Shown one piece after another: positions 17,117 through 26,290 of a stretch of DNA of 41,057 nt. Both the position numbers and the translations under genes were made by a program. How positions within the stretch are numbered: position 1 is the stretch's first letter; each line of letters opens with the position of its first letter. The notes below the pieces were generated by a model. That model made no database searches. It was given only the letters and a program-made list of their open reading frames with translations, and was not told the origin of the DNA. The DNA comes from a virus (taxonomy: Duplodnaviria; Caudoviricetes): positions 1 through 41,057 of IMG/VR virus record IMGVR_UViG_3300036804_000354. One strand, 5' to 3'.

Positions 17117-18587
17117 TGGTCGTCGTTCCTTTGTCGTTTGCAGGATCTGTATCAAATACCAGTCCGTGCTCTTGGTTATATTTCACTTCGCGTTGACGCT
17201 GTAACTTGGTATTTCGTGGACTGCCACCACGCGCCCTCACCCATTCGGCTTCGGTTGCCGCCCCGCCACGTATCTGTGTTTTCCAGGCTTCGCCCTCTTT
17301 AACCGGATCAATCCATGGCATCACTGGCGCCATGTATGTCGCGTTGTAGAGGGTGGCAATATCCAGGTCTTTCGGGATATCTACACCACTGAGCAGATAC
17401 ATTTGTAGCCATGCGCGATACATAGGCCGGACCGTCCGGGAGACGAACCAGTCCTGCAGCACGGCATACCCTTCAAAACTTTCCACAAGCTCCTGGCGCT
17501 GTGAGGAATAAGTACCGTTGTAGTCGCGGGAAATAGATGAATATCCGGTACGCGTACCCGCAGCGGCGGCGCGCAACTGCCCGTTGCGAAACTCTGCCAT
17601 GTTGGAATTGGGCCTGTTGGACTCCAGCATTTCCAGCTCTTCGCCGGGTGCCAGGTCGTCGTAAATCATGCCCGCCGACATATCAAAGTTACGGTACTTG
17701 TTCTCGGGGCTCTCCCAGTCACCACCTTCTTCATACACTGAGCTGTCGCCACGCTTGATCCAGAAGCCGAGCATCGCCGCAATACGTGCGGCCACGCGCT
17801 CTGAATCCTCGTAATCTTTCAGGTCAGCCAGGCGCTGGATGACATTGGCGAAAATAGTGACGCCGCGCAGCTGGTGCAGACGCTTTCGCATCGCCAGATG
17901 CAGCATGCGCTCTTTGCCGATGACCTTGGTCCGGGTGGTGCCCAGGCCACTCTGCGGATGAGCCAGGTAAACGTGGTAGGACAACGGGCGACCCCAGGCA
18001 TTAATGTTGATGCCCTGTATGGTCGTCAGCCCATCAATCGCACCGGACAGATTCAACGGCACAAAGTCGGCTTCGAGCATTTCAAAAGCAAACTGGACAG
18101 GCGTGGTGTACTCAATGCCCTTCACCGGGCCGCGCACCAGTTGCGTGAAAACTTCGCCGTCGCGAAGCGCACTGCGCAACATCAGACGCTGAGCTTCCGC
18201 CAGGCTAAACATGCCGGTCACTTCCGGAGATTGTGCCCACTGTTCCCAGGCGACAGAAAGCTGCGCGGCAAATGCTTCATGAACTTCGCCCTTCCAGTTC
18301 AACGGGTGTGGCTCAATCTGGATCCCACGCGCACCCACAACCCGTTCTTCCAGCTTATCGAGCATGCCAGATGCCAGGTCGTGGTTTTCGTCCAACCAGC
18401 GCGCCTGTTCACGAAGTGATGTGCCTGCTGCAAAAACAGCGTTATTGGCGCTGTGTCTCTCACGCTTTGCCGCGTGCGTTCGGGATGGCCTGGCTGCTTC
18501 ATAAGCCTTTATCTGATCCTGAGCAGCCATTCGCCGAAGCGCACGTTGCGGGGCAATTACGCCGAGCATTTTCGTATAAAGTCCCAT
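17055..18587 (-). CDS. Portal protein (lambda B-like)
   Basis: YEAA, LREQARWLDENHD, RDGEVF, YSSQRQELVE and MPWIDPVKE motifs. Confidence 0.96.
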   Translation of the reverse strand: MGLYTKMLGVIAPQRALRRMAAQDQIKAYEAARPSRTHAAKRERHSANNAVFAAGTSLREQARWLDENHDLASGMLDKLEERVVGARGIQIEPHPLNWKGEVHEAFAAQLSVAWEQWAQSPEVTGMFSLAEAQRLMLRSALRDGEVFTQLVRGPVKGIEYTTPVQFAFEMLEADFVPLNLSGAIDGLTTIQGININAWGRPLSYHVYLAHPQSGLGTTRTKVIGKERMLHLAMRKRLHQLRGVTIFANVIQRLADLKDYEDSERVAARIAAMLGFWIKRGDSSVYEEGGDWESPENKYRNFDMSAGMIYDDLAPGEELEMLESNRPNSNMAEFRNGQLRAAAAGTRTGYSSISRDYNGTYSSQRQELVESFEGYAVLQDWFVSRTVRPMYRAWLQMYLLSGVDIPKDLDIATLYNATYMAPVMPWIDPVKEGEAWKTQIRGGAATEAEWVRARGGSPRNTKLQRQREVKYNQEHGLVFDTDPANDKGTTTNEQAAGAGGSNGQRSNKGDG

Positions 18588-18805
18588 CAGCGCCCCGTGA
18601 AATTAACCAGTGAATAAGGTTGGCCCTTGCCTTTAGCGCGGGCGTTCCGGTACCGGCGATCCCAATAATCGAACTGTGTTTTCAGCTTGTCGATATCCTG
18701 CCGGGTCAGGTTGCGCCCGTTCATACTGAGGCTCTTCGCCTCCAGCGCGTCGAGGTAGGCTTTCTCTGCCCGGTCCCGCATTATTTTAATTTCCGTGATG
18801 CGCAT
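18587..18805 (-). CDS. Head completion protein (gpW-like)
   Basis: 72 aa between terL and portal; SLSMNGRNLTRQDI. Confidence 0.75.
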   Translation of the reverse strand: MRITEIKIMRDRAEKAYLDALEAKSLSMNGRNLTRQDIDKLKTQFDYWDRRYRNARAKGKGQPYSLVNFTGR

Positions 18806-18812
18806 AGCGTCC

Positions 18813-20906
18813 TCAGAATGTTTTGACCTTCTTCACAGGCTTTGGCGCAGCCGGTGGCGGTGATGCTGGTTTTTCATCAGCAACACTGCGTGTCGGTTTA
18901 TCGGTTTCCGATATGTTGGCGGTCACAGCCTTCTTAAGGGTCTGCGATTTCGCCCAGGCGGGCGGATTGCTCCAGTCTTTGATTCGTTCATAGCCACGAA
19001 GTATCACCAGTGCGTGGCAGTAGCACATCAGGTCGAGCGCCTCGTTTGCTCCCCTGCCGGGCTTCTTCCATTTACCATCCGGCCCGCGCTCCTCGTAGGT
19101 GAGTTCGTCATAGAACCATTCACCTAACCAATCAGGAAAATGGATATAGTTTGGTCCCGGTTCATCACGCCGTAGCGCATTATGGATCCGGTCTTTCAAC
19201 TGGTCGGTCTGGAGGAAGTACAGCGGAACATCGCCACGCGCGCCTGCCTTGCGGTCTGAACGGTTGGTGTTGTCCGGATAGGTGCGGGTAACCAGTTTTT
19301 TTCGTGCGGTGCTGTCACCTTTGAACAGATACACACGCTTGCCCAGGCCGTCTTTGCGACACTGCCGCCAGAATTTATAGGCGTTATCCGTTACCCCGTC
19401 TTCACCGCCGCTATCGACCCCCATGCACATCACCGGCATGGTGCGGGAGGGATCGCCCATCAACCGGTACTCTTTGTTGAGTACATCAGTGATCAGCAGA
19501 TCCCAGTCCTCGATGTATCCGCCAGGGTCAACCGGTAACGCTTCACCATCAAGATTGCAGCGCAGCGACGAGCGGATGTTGTAGCGGTCAATCACCCAGC
19601 GCTCACCGTGCTGACCATAGCCGACAATCTGCACGACAAAGCGACGCTGTTTGCCCGCCTGCACATCTACGGAAGCGACAAGGAAGCGCACTTGTGGAGG
19701 AACAAAGCGCTTCTCCATTTCTTCGGCGCGCGCCATCAGTTCATCGCCCCGACGTTGATCCATCGCAGAACGCGGCAGATAGGGCTGGCCCCAGTCAGTA
19801 TTGATAACCGCTTTAAGGGTTTCTTCACTGCCGGTGGTTTCGTAGTCCTGTTCCGCCGTCAGCAGTTTATAAACCATCTGCGTCAGGGTCTGATAAGCCG
19901 CTGCCGGGCCTTCCATCCAAAAGCTGGCAATACGGGACCGGCGAGGCTCACCACCTCGAATCCCGTCTTTGCTGACGGTCTCGCCATCCCGCAGCCATAA
20001 ACCACGGCTATTCAGTTCGCGCTTCTGCGCACCTTCAATTCTGCCTGCACAATGCGGGCACTCAATATAAGCGGCTTCGCTAGCCAGGACAGGATCCTGA
20101 TTGTCGCGATAGCCTGCGACGGCATCGCCGATCGGCTGAAAATACTCACCGCAATGTGGGCAAGGCCAGTACCAACGGCGGCGATCGCCACGGTTATAGA
20201 GTGACAGCCCACCTGTACACGGTGGAGCTTCATGCAATGAACGACGGCGCCATTTGACGTCAGTGATATCGCGACCGGGTGACGTCTCCACCATCGTCAT
20301 ACCTGCGGACATGAAGGTGGTCGTTCGCTTGGAGGCCAGGGAGAAAGCATCACCCTCCCCGTCAATATCCTCATCAAAGCGATCGTAGTCGGTCAGCGCC
20401 ACGCATTTATAGTCAGAGGACGACATGATGTTGACCGAGGGCCACCCGAGTTTCAGGTAGTTCCCGGCAAGAAAAGTACGGTCGTATACGTTGTTGTCGT
20501 TACGGTTCGGACTCAGACGCTTTGCCACTTCCTCGCTGACGCGAAACGTTCTCGCCAGTCGTTTTTTGGAGTGCTCACGGGCTTTCTCTTCTGATACCTG
20601 GATAATCAGCATATCGGAAGGGTCACAGACGATGTTGTAAACAACCCAGCCATCAATCAGGCCAATCGTCTTACCCGTTCGTGCCGGACCGATAAACACC
20701 ACAGCGTCATACTCACGCGAAGCCAGGCAGTTCATCGGCTCAATGACATAGGGAGCTACGAGAGGATCCCACGGTACAGAGTTTCCGGCTCCCATCGGGA
20801 CACGCATATACTGCTTAACAGCATCAGCCACCAATATCCGGCGCGGCGCGCGGATTATTTCCGAGATATTTTTTCTCGCTCCCCTCGCCGTTGCCTGATT
20901 AAGCAT
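18813..20906 (-). CDS. Terminase large subunit (lambda gpA family)
   Basis: Walker A GPARTGKT, CPHC zinc motifs, ASVDVQ nuclease motif, NEALDL. Confidence 0.97.
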   Translation of the reverse strand: MLNQATARGARKNISEIIRAPRRILVADAVKQYMRVPMGAGNSVPWDPLVAPYVIEPMNCLASREYDAVVFIGPARTGKTIGLIDGWVVYNIVCDPSDMLIIQVSEEKAREHSKKRLARTFRVSEEVAKRLSPNRNDNNVYDRTFLAGNYLKLGWPSVNIMSSSDYKCVALTDYDRFDEDIDGEGDAFSLASKRTTTFMSAGMTMVETSPGRDITDVKWRRRSLHEAPPCTGGLSLYNRGDRRRWYWPCPHCGEYFQPIGDAVAGYRDNQDPVLASEAAYIECPHCAGRIEGAQKRELNSRGLWLRDGETVSKDGIRGGEPRRSRIASFWMEGPAAAYQTLTQMVYKLLTAEQDYETTGSEETLKAVINTDWGQPYLPRSAMDQRRGDELMARAEEMEKRFVPPQVRFLVASVDVQAGKQRRFVVQIVGYGQHGERWVIDRYNIRSSLRCNLDGEALPVDPGGYIEDWDLLITDVLNKEYRLMGDPSRTMPVMCMGVDSGGEDGVTDNAYKFWRQCRKDGLGKRVYLFKGDSTARKKLVTRTYPDNTNRSDRKAGARGDVPLYFLQTDQLKDRIHNALRRDEPGPNYIHFPDWLGEWFYDELTYEERGPDGKWKKPGRGANEALDLMCYCHALVILRGYERIKDWSNPPAWAKSQTLKKAVTANISETDKPTRSVADEKPASPPPAAPKPVKKVKTF

Positions 20907-21412
20907 TATTCCTCCTGCGGCTCTTCCTCCCCTTCCTCGTCTGAATCTGCATCAAAAACACGCTGGGCCATCTGGTCCCGCAGGTCATCAATGACTGACT
21001 GCACGCGGGCAACTGCTACCGGCTGTAGGCCACAATCACGCTCCAGAATATCCGGGAGAGTCTCCAGCACCTGCACGACGGCTTTTGCGATAGAGGAAAA
21101 CTCACGAGACACATCACTCGACGGGATCAGTTGCGAGGTTTCCTGCTCGAATTTGAGTCGCTCGCGTTCAGACTGGAACCATGCCTTACGGTCTTGCGGT
21201 AACAGCTTATCGATTTCTATCTGCGACGGGTCAGCAGTGCGGGTAAGTAATACGGTCAGAATATCGAGAACCGAATAGAGCTTTAATTTCGGGTTGCTGC
21301 CGGGTGCCAGTGGCACGTTATTAAGCCTGCTCGCGACGGTCTGACGATGCAGATCCGTCATCGCTGCGAGCTGGTTTATATTGAGGCGAAAATTACGGAG
21401 TTCATTGTCCAT
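20906..21412 (-). CDS. Terminase small subunit (DUF1441 family)
   Basis: LNINQLA...LHRQTV HTH; DRKAWFQSERERLK; LETLPDILERD. Confidence 0.9.
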   Translation of the reverse strand: MDNELRNFRLNINQLAAMTDLHRQTVASRLNNVPLAPGSNPKLKLYSVLDILTVLLTRTADPSQIEIDKLLPQDRKAWFQSERERLKFEQETSQLIPSSDVSREFSSIAKAVVQVLETLPDILERDCGLQPVAVARVQSVIDDLRDQMAQRVFDADSDEEGEEEPQEE

Positions 21413-21525
21413 GATGGTGAACACAAAATAGACAAATCATCATCATAGAAAAACCTACCTTATAAAAAACAATCAATTACACACATGATGATGATGCCAA
21501 TAAAATGCGAAAAACTAGCCGTTCC

Positions 21526-21573
21526 CCGCGAGTTTGGAGCCCCGTGGATGATCCACCCCCGCCGGGAGTACCT
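21526..21573 (-). other. cos packaging site (cosN with cosQ-like element)
   Basis: Minus strand CCACG-GGGCTCCAAACT-CGCGG mirrors lambda TTACG-GGGCGGCGACCT-CGCGG. AGGTACT lies 24 nt upstream, like cosQ GGGTCCT. The site is immediately upstream of terS. Confidence 0.8.
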
Positions 21574-21584
21574 TTGGAAAAACC

Positions 21585-21653
21585 AAATGAGAATTCATCT
21601 CATTTACAAAACATGTCAAAAATCACATCTGAAAATGAGAATTGATATCATTT
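21585..21653. promoter_or_regulatory. Two Fur-box-like palindromes next to cos
   Basis: AAATGAGAATTCATCTCATTT (21585-21605) and AAATGAGAATTGATATCATTT (21633-21653). Confidence 0.5.
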
Positions 21654-22241
21654 GCGCAAGAATCCCGGATGCAGACGCCATGCCTGCCGCCTCTCACGTC
21701 GAAGCGCGTTGTTCCACGGTCGCTCGACCGACAGACCATCATGATGGTCGACCAGCGACCAGCAGGGGTACACCACCACGCCGCCCCAGGCATCACCGAC
21801 CGCATAGTCTGCCGCCTTGTGACTCTCCCAGCGCTTCAACACGTTCGCCAGATGCGCAGGCGGTACGCTGTAGCACACGCCATGAATGAGACGAGGGAGT
21901 GTGATATAGTCGGCGTGGGTTTTATCCGCCGCAATCAGCTTTTCCGCTATCTTTGGCTGGTACTGCGGCGGTCGCCCGGTACCGAGATAGAAGCTCACCA
22001 GCGAGTCAGGAAAGCGCTCAAGCCATTCGCCTGCCAGCTGACTGAATCCATCAACAGGCAGAGCGTCATCTTCGAGCACCACAACGCGTTCGTCCTGTTG
22101 CGCGGCCCACTCCATCGCCCTGCGGTGGTTCCAGTTTGCGCCATGGTTGCCATCATCCAGTAGCAGATGAGCACCCAGGCGTTCAGCCAGCGCCTCTGCC
22201 TGCTCGCGTCTTCCATGGTGTCCGACAACAACGCATTTCAC
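21648..22241 (-). CDS. Glycosyltransferase, GT25-like
   Basis: NHRRAMEW...VVVLEDDA, HGVCYSV and SLVDH motifs; probable GTG start overlaps the upstream TGA. Confidence 0.7.
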   Translation of the reverse strand: MKCVVVGHHGRREQAEALAERLGAHLLLDDGNHGANWNHRRAMEWAAQQDERVVVLEDDALPVDGFSQLAGEWLERFPDSLVSFYLGTGRPPQYQPKIAEKLIAADKTHADYITLPRLIHGVCYSVPPAHLANVLKRWESHKAADYAVGDAWGGVVVYPCWSLVDHHDGLSVERPWNNALRRERRQAWRLHPGFLRK

Positions 22242-23695
22242 TTGTGACGCCACCACGCAAACTCCTTACCAATCCCATCAGTTTTAAATACCGTATGAAC
22301 CAGAGGCCCAGTCACAACGCGATCGCCAAACGCCTTTGCTGCCGCGCCAAATGCGCCCATTTCTACAACCGTTGCAGGGGCTGTTTCCGTGCGCCAGAAT
22401 CGCTGGCTCTCTATCCAGTAATAAAGGCGTAACATGCGGTGAATAAATGCCATGACATCATCACGCAAACCGCCAAGTAATCCCGCATTAAGCAAGGTGT
22501 CGTTCCGGTACTTGTTGAGGAACTCGGTGTAAAATTTCCCATGGTGATTGTCATGCATCCATTTGTTGGCATATGTGCTCGGCTCTGATCCAACATAAAT
22601 CTTACCAGGCACCATATCACCCCAAGGCTCGCGCAACATCACAACGTCCGTGCCATCAGTGCACCAGACGAATTTGTATTCAGGATGCTGCCTCAGATGC
22701 TGCCAAATATGCAGCCAGCGGGCAAAGTATGGCGTCATTGCCAAAGGCGAAACATTCACAAGTTCAGCACCTGCGGGGGCAGTCATTAGCTCATCCGCAA
22801 GCACGACCGCCGGGGAGCCCTTTATCGAGCTAGCCCACTTCTGCAGCAGGCTACTATCGGCCTTCATTTTTGTGCTGCGCTGGGGGTCGGGCCGGGCAGT
22901 GATGAGACTGGTTATCACAACATTATGCTTGCACCGATATTCTGCGTACCCACTGTAATCAGTGTCTCGTCGACCCTCAAATATCTTCTGATTGTGCCGT
23001 ACAAGACTTTCCCGTTCAGATTGTGGGATCGAACGAGCAACTGCGCACTGTTCGTCGAGGGAGTAAATCAGTCCTTCGGAGCCAGTCACATCTGCAAAGG
23101 CCCATGTAGTTAAGCCAGCATTATTGATGCGCATCGCCAGATCGCCATGCTCGTACATCCCTCGACCATATACAGTGTCGAACCCACCAACCTTCTCGAT
23201 AGCGCTGCGGTGGTAATAGAGCATCACGCCACGCTGCCCCGTGTAGGCAACATGCTTTTCATCCCGATACAGTACAGCCATGTCGTTCAGTTTTGGGCCA
23301 ACTGCCAGGTCAGGGAATTGATATGCGAGGTGTGGTTCTGGCGATTCGATATAGGGAAGCCACCAACCTGGTGCTATTGCCCAGGCGTCATCATCGAACA
23401 GGAACAAATGCTCGCAGCCAGCATCTATCAACGCCTCAAGACTTCTATTTTTGGAAGCGACAATGCCCAGTGATTTATCGTGCCGAATAAGTTGCACACC
23501 ATCAGGAACAACAGCTGTCGGAGAAGACCCATCATCAATGACGACCACCAGCGCACCGGGTGGCAAAAACTGCTGATGCTGTGTCAGGGCTCGAGCTAAA
23601 ATATCGGCGCGATTATGCGTCGTAACGGCAATGCCAATCCGTGCCGCCGAATTGCAAGCAGGCGCATAGGGGATGCCGTCGATAGTGACCTGCAT
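22238..23695 (-). CDS. Two-domain glycosyltransferase (GT2 plus a second GT-A domain)
   Basis: GT2 motifs IAVTTHNR, VVIDDGS, LFLFDDDAW and GGFD...YEHGDLAMR; second domain VWCTDGTDV and LLNAGLLGG. Confidence 0.85.
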   Translation of the reverse strand: MQVTIDGIPYAPACNSAARIGIAVTTHNRADILARALTQHQQFLPPGALVVVIDDGSSPTAVVPDGVQLIRHDKSLGIVASKNRSLEALIDAGCEHLFLFDDDAWAIAPGWWLPYIESPEPHLAYQFPDLAVGPKLNDMAVLYRDEKHVAYTGQRGVMLYYHRSAIEKVGGFDTVYGRGMYEHGDLAMRINNAGLTTWAFADVTGSEGLIYSLDEQCAVARSIPQSERESLVRHNQKIFEGRRDTDYSGYAEYRCKHNVVITSLITARPDPQRSTKMKADSSLLQKWASSIKGSPAVVLADELMTAPAGAELVNVSPLAMTPYFARWLHIWQHLRQHPEYKFVWCTDGTDVVMLREPWGDMVPGKIYVGSEPSTYANKWMHDNHHGKFYTEFLNKYRNDTLLNAGLLGGLRDDVMAFIHRMLRLYYWIESQRFWRTETAPATVVEMGAFGAAAKAFGDRVVTGPLVHTVFKTDGIGKEFAWWRHK

Positions 23696-23713
23696 TCGTT
23701 TTGCTCCGTTGGC

Positions 23714-23989
23714 TTATTGGTTGGCTTGAGGACAGGTGATCTGCTGTAAATCGGCATCAGCCTTACGTTGAGCCTGTTTTTTAGCAGCCAGATTTGCAGT
23801 TGCCGCCGCTGTCGATGCAGTCGATACCGCCAGTGTTTTTTCGGCGCGCTCTACCTGACGATCTGCCTTTTGTTTTGCATTAAGCGCCTGCCGCTCACTC
23901 TTCTGCTCGGCTTTCAAGGGGTCAGACGTACATGCGGAAAGTGAACAGGCCAGTAGCACCGACAATACGATGATTGAGACTTTTTTCAT
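23714..23989 (-). CDS. Coiled-coil lipoprotein
   Basis: MKK plus hydrophobic stretch plus LSAC lipobox; Ala/Gln/Lys-rich helical body. Confidence 0.75.
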   Translation of the reverse strand: MKKVSIIVLSVLLACSLSACTSDPLKAEQKSERQALNAKQKADRQVERAEKTLAVSTASTAAATANLAAKKQAQRKADADLQQITCPQANQ

Positions 23990-24073
23990 TATGGGTACCT
24001 TTAATCAGAGTTTTAACATTTAACGTCCTTATACATGCGCCCCACAGGACGCATGGTAAGCACGCTGGTCGTA

Positions 24074-24319
24074 TTAGCAATCGTCATCTGGACGCGTTAC
24101 AGCACGGCAAGCCGACATGCAGGCTTTCTGCATTTCGGTTTTAGCGATAGCCAGCCAGCGCTTATCAGCCTCAGTGGTATCACCCAGGAGCGCCAGCAGT
24201 TGATGAAATTCCCGGCTCACATCTTTCAAATCATTCATCTGCTCAATTTCAGCAGGTGATAATTGTCGATAGCCTTTAACCGTGCTGCCGTCTTGCGGTT
24301 TTGCCTCATTAACAGACAT
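24074..24319 (-). CDS. acb2: Acb2-family anti-CBASS cyclic oligonucleotide sponge
   Basis: KGYRQLSPAEIEQMN...K and RWLAIAKTEMQKACMSACRAVTRP match recalled Acb2 blocks ([39 protein letters not shown]). Confidence 0.85.
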   Translation of the reverse strand: MSVNEAKPQDGSTVKGYRQLSPAEIEQMNDLKDVSREFHQLLALLGDTTEADKRWLAIAKTEMQKACMSACRAVTRPDDDC

Positions 24320-24331
24320 ATAAACTCCATA

Positions 24332-24357
24332 TAAAAGAAAACCCCGCGATGCGAGGT
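24332..24357 (-). terminator. Probable intrinsic terminator upstream of acb2
   Basis: ACCTCGCATCGCGGGGT followed by TTTCTTTT on the minus strand. Confidence 0.55.
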
Positions 24358-24394
24358 GGGATGTAAAACTATTATGAGGTGCTGGTGTCCAGTG

Positions 24395-24760
24395 TTACTT
24401 CACGAGACTGGCCGCGTATTCCAGCAAGTACAACTTTGGCGCTAACCAGATTTTCAACCAATCGAAGTACTGGAAAAGAATGAGGATCTGAACTGCGGTC
24501 ACGAAGCCCAGAATAAGCGTTATTGCCATGCAGAAATCTACATCATTGGCATGCTTCCATGCGTAAACCATGCTGAATACACACGCCGTAATGCCAGCCA
24601 GCAGCATCACTTGAATGAGCAACGACGAAACCGCATTCCACACCAACAGTTGGTGCACCACATCGGGAATCTGCGCCTTGCTGAATGACACCGCAGCATC
24701 AATACCGTCAGTAGCTTTCTTTAGCAGTTCTACGAGAATTTTGTTTGCCTGATCGTTCAT
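24395..24760 (-). CDS. Phage membrane protein with two TM segments (holin candidate by position only)
   Basis: Two hydrophobic segments; C-terminus WLKIWLAPKLYLLEYA; occupies the usual lysis-cassette position. Confidence 0.6.
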   Translation of the reverse strand: MNDQANKILVELLKKATDGIDAAVSFSKAQIPDVVHQLLVWNAVSSLLIQVMLLAGITACVFSMVYAWKHANDVDFCMAITLILGFVTAVQILILFQYFDWLKIWLAPKLYLLEYAASLVK

Positions 24761-25827
24761 TAGTTATCCTTGTCCGATATATGAGTACGCGACTCGATTT
24801 CATTAACTGTCTGGATAAACCGTTCGGCTTCCAGTTCCACACCGATGGCTTTACGGCCTAACCGCAGCGCCGCTTTTACCGTTGACCCCGATCCCATGAA
24901 GAAGTCAGCGACCACATCACCCGACCTGCTGCTGGCGTTGATTACCTGCTCCAGCATATCGGCAGGCTTTTCACATGGGTGTTTGCCGGGATAGAACTGA
25001 ACAGGCTTGTGCGACCAGACGTCGGTATACGGCACATTGACCGACACGGCGAAATAGCGTCGCAGTGATTTAAATTCCTGCATCAGTTCGACGTAGGTAC
25101 GATTGAGAACGTGGTATTTCTCCACCAGCTGATGATGTGGTGCGGCAAGCAGCTGCTGCGCATACTTTTCTCGGGCTATCTGGTCAAACAGCGCCTGCAA
25201 CTTTGCGTAATCACCCTCACCCGGCAACTGCCACTGGCTGGCATTGAACCAGTGCGACACCATGTTGCGCTTATCGGTGGCATCGGCGATTTGCTTTGAT
25301 GTTACGCCCAGGCTTTCACGTGCATCACGAAAGTAGCTGATAAGCGGCGTCATGATATGTTGTTTCAGGTCACTGCACTTTTCCGCATAGCCGTCGCTTT
25401 TACCTTTGTACGGTCCCTGATAATGACCCGCAAACAGGATCCGCTCAGTCGCAGGGAAATAAGCGCGCAATTCTTCTTTACAGCAGCCATTCCAGCGGCC
25501 CGACGGTTTAGCCCAGACGATATGATTCAGAACGTCAAAGCGCGCACGCATCATGATCTCAATGTCTGACGCAAGACGGTGGCCACAAAACAGGTACAGG
25601 CTGCCCGTTGGTTTCAACACCCGCCAGAACTCTGCAAGATACGCATCAAGCCAGAGGAGGTAATCGGCATCACCGCCCCACTGGTTATCCCAGCCGTGCG
25701 GCTTTACTTTGAAATATGGCGGATCGGTACAAATGAGGTCGATGCTGTTATCAGGCAGCGTTTTGATGTACTGGAGAGAATCAGCGTTAACCAGCACAGG
25801 GCTGGATAAATTTACAGTCGAATTCAT
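24760..25827 (-). CDS. Site-specific DNA methyltransferase (N6A/N4C, beta class) with internal HTH-like insert
   Basis: DPPY near the N-terminus, HPCEKP, and DFFMGSGST near the C-terminus. Confidence 0.93.
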   Translation of the reverse strand: MNSTVNLSSPVLVNADSLQYIKTLPDNSIDLICTDPPYFKVKPHGWDNQWGGDADYLLWLDAYLAEFWRVLKPTGSLYLFCGHRLASDIEIMMRARFDVLNHIVWAKPSGRWNGCCKEELRAYFPATERILFAGHYQGPYKGKSDGYAEKCSDLKQHIMTPLISYFRDARESLGVTSKQIADATDKRNMVSHWFNASQWQLPGEGDYAKLQALFDQIAREKYAQQLLAAPHHQLVEKYHVLNRTYVELMQEFKSLRRYFAVSVNVPYTDVWSHKPVQFYPGKHPCEKPADMLEQVINASSRSGDVVADFFMGSGSTVKAALRLGRKAIGVELEAERFIQTVNEIESRTHISDKDN

Positions 25828-25976
25828 AGATCAATAAGCGTCCATCTACTAAGCTCACTCTGCTTTAACGTTAAAGCGGTGGGCTATGGTTCGCCTGTGA
25901 CCTCTGGCATGAGCGAATGGCTGGTGGATGCGTCAACACCCACCAGCCGCCCATTTCACAGCAATTATCTCCGCCG

Positions 25977-26171
25977 TCACGCGCGGAGGCGCATATAACA
26001 CCCTAACTGGTAATCCGATAACCCTGCCATCACTAACTGCGTCAGTATCAACTGGCAACGTTCGCGCGTCAGGTATGTGTTCTGTGCAATCTCGCCCACC
26101 GTTGCCAATTCAGTGCTCAGTTCGTTAAAGACCGCCTTTGCTGATTCCGTCATATCCTGCTGTTTTAACAT
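25977..26171 (-). CDS. Small winged-HTH protein (TrmB-like)
   Basis: MLKQQDMT...ATVGEIAQNTYLTRERCQLILTQLVMAGL; conserved neighbour of the lambdoid late methyltransferase. Confidence 0.75.
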   Translation of the reverse strand: MLKQQDMTESAKAVFNELSTELATVGEIAQNTYLTRERCQLILTQLVMAGLSDYQLGCYMRLRA

Positions 26172-26290
26172 GGTTAATCTCCGTTTCGTTTCCGTTGGCA
26201 TACAGATAACTCTGGTTCGGAACGGCAGCAAGATGAAACTGTGTATCAGCGACTGACAGCGCGACTATTACGCTGGTGGTGAATTGCGGA

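Noticed and set aside
26239-26259. CTGT...ACAG upstream of the small HTH gene
   Set aside because: The spacer is 13 nt, not the 8 nt of a LexA box.
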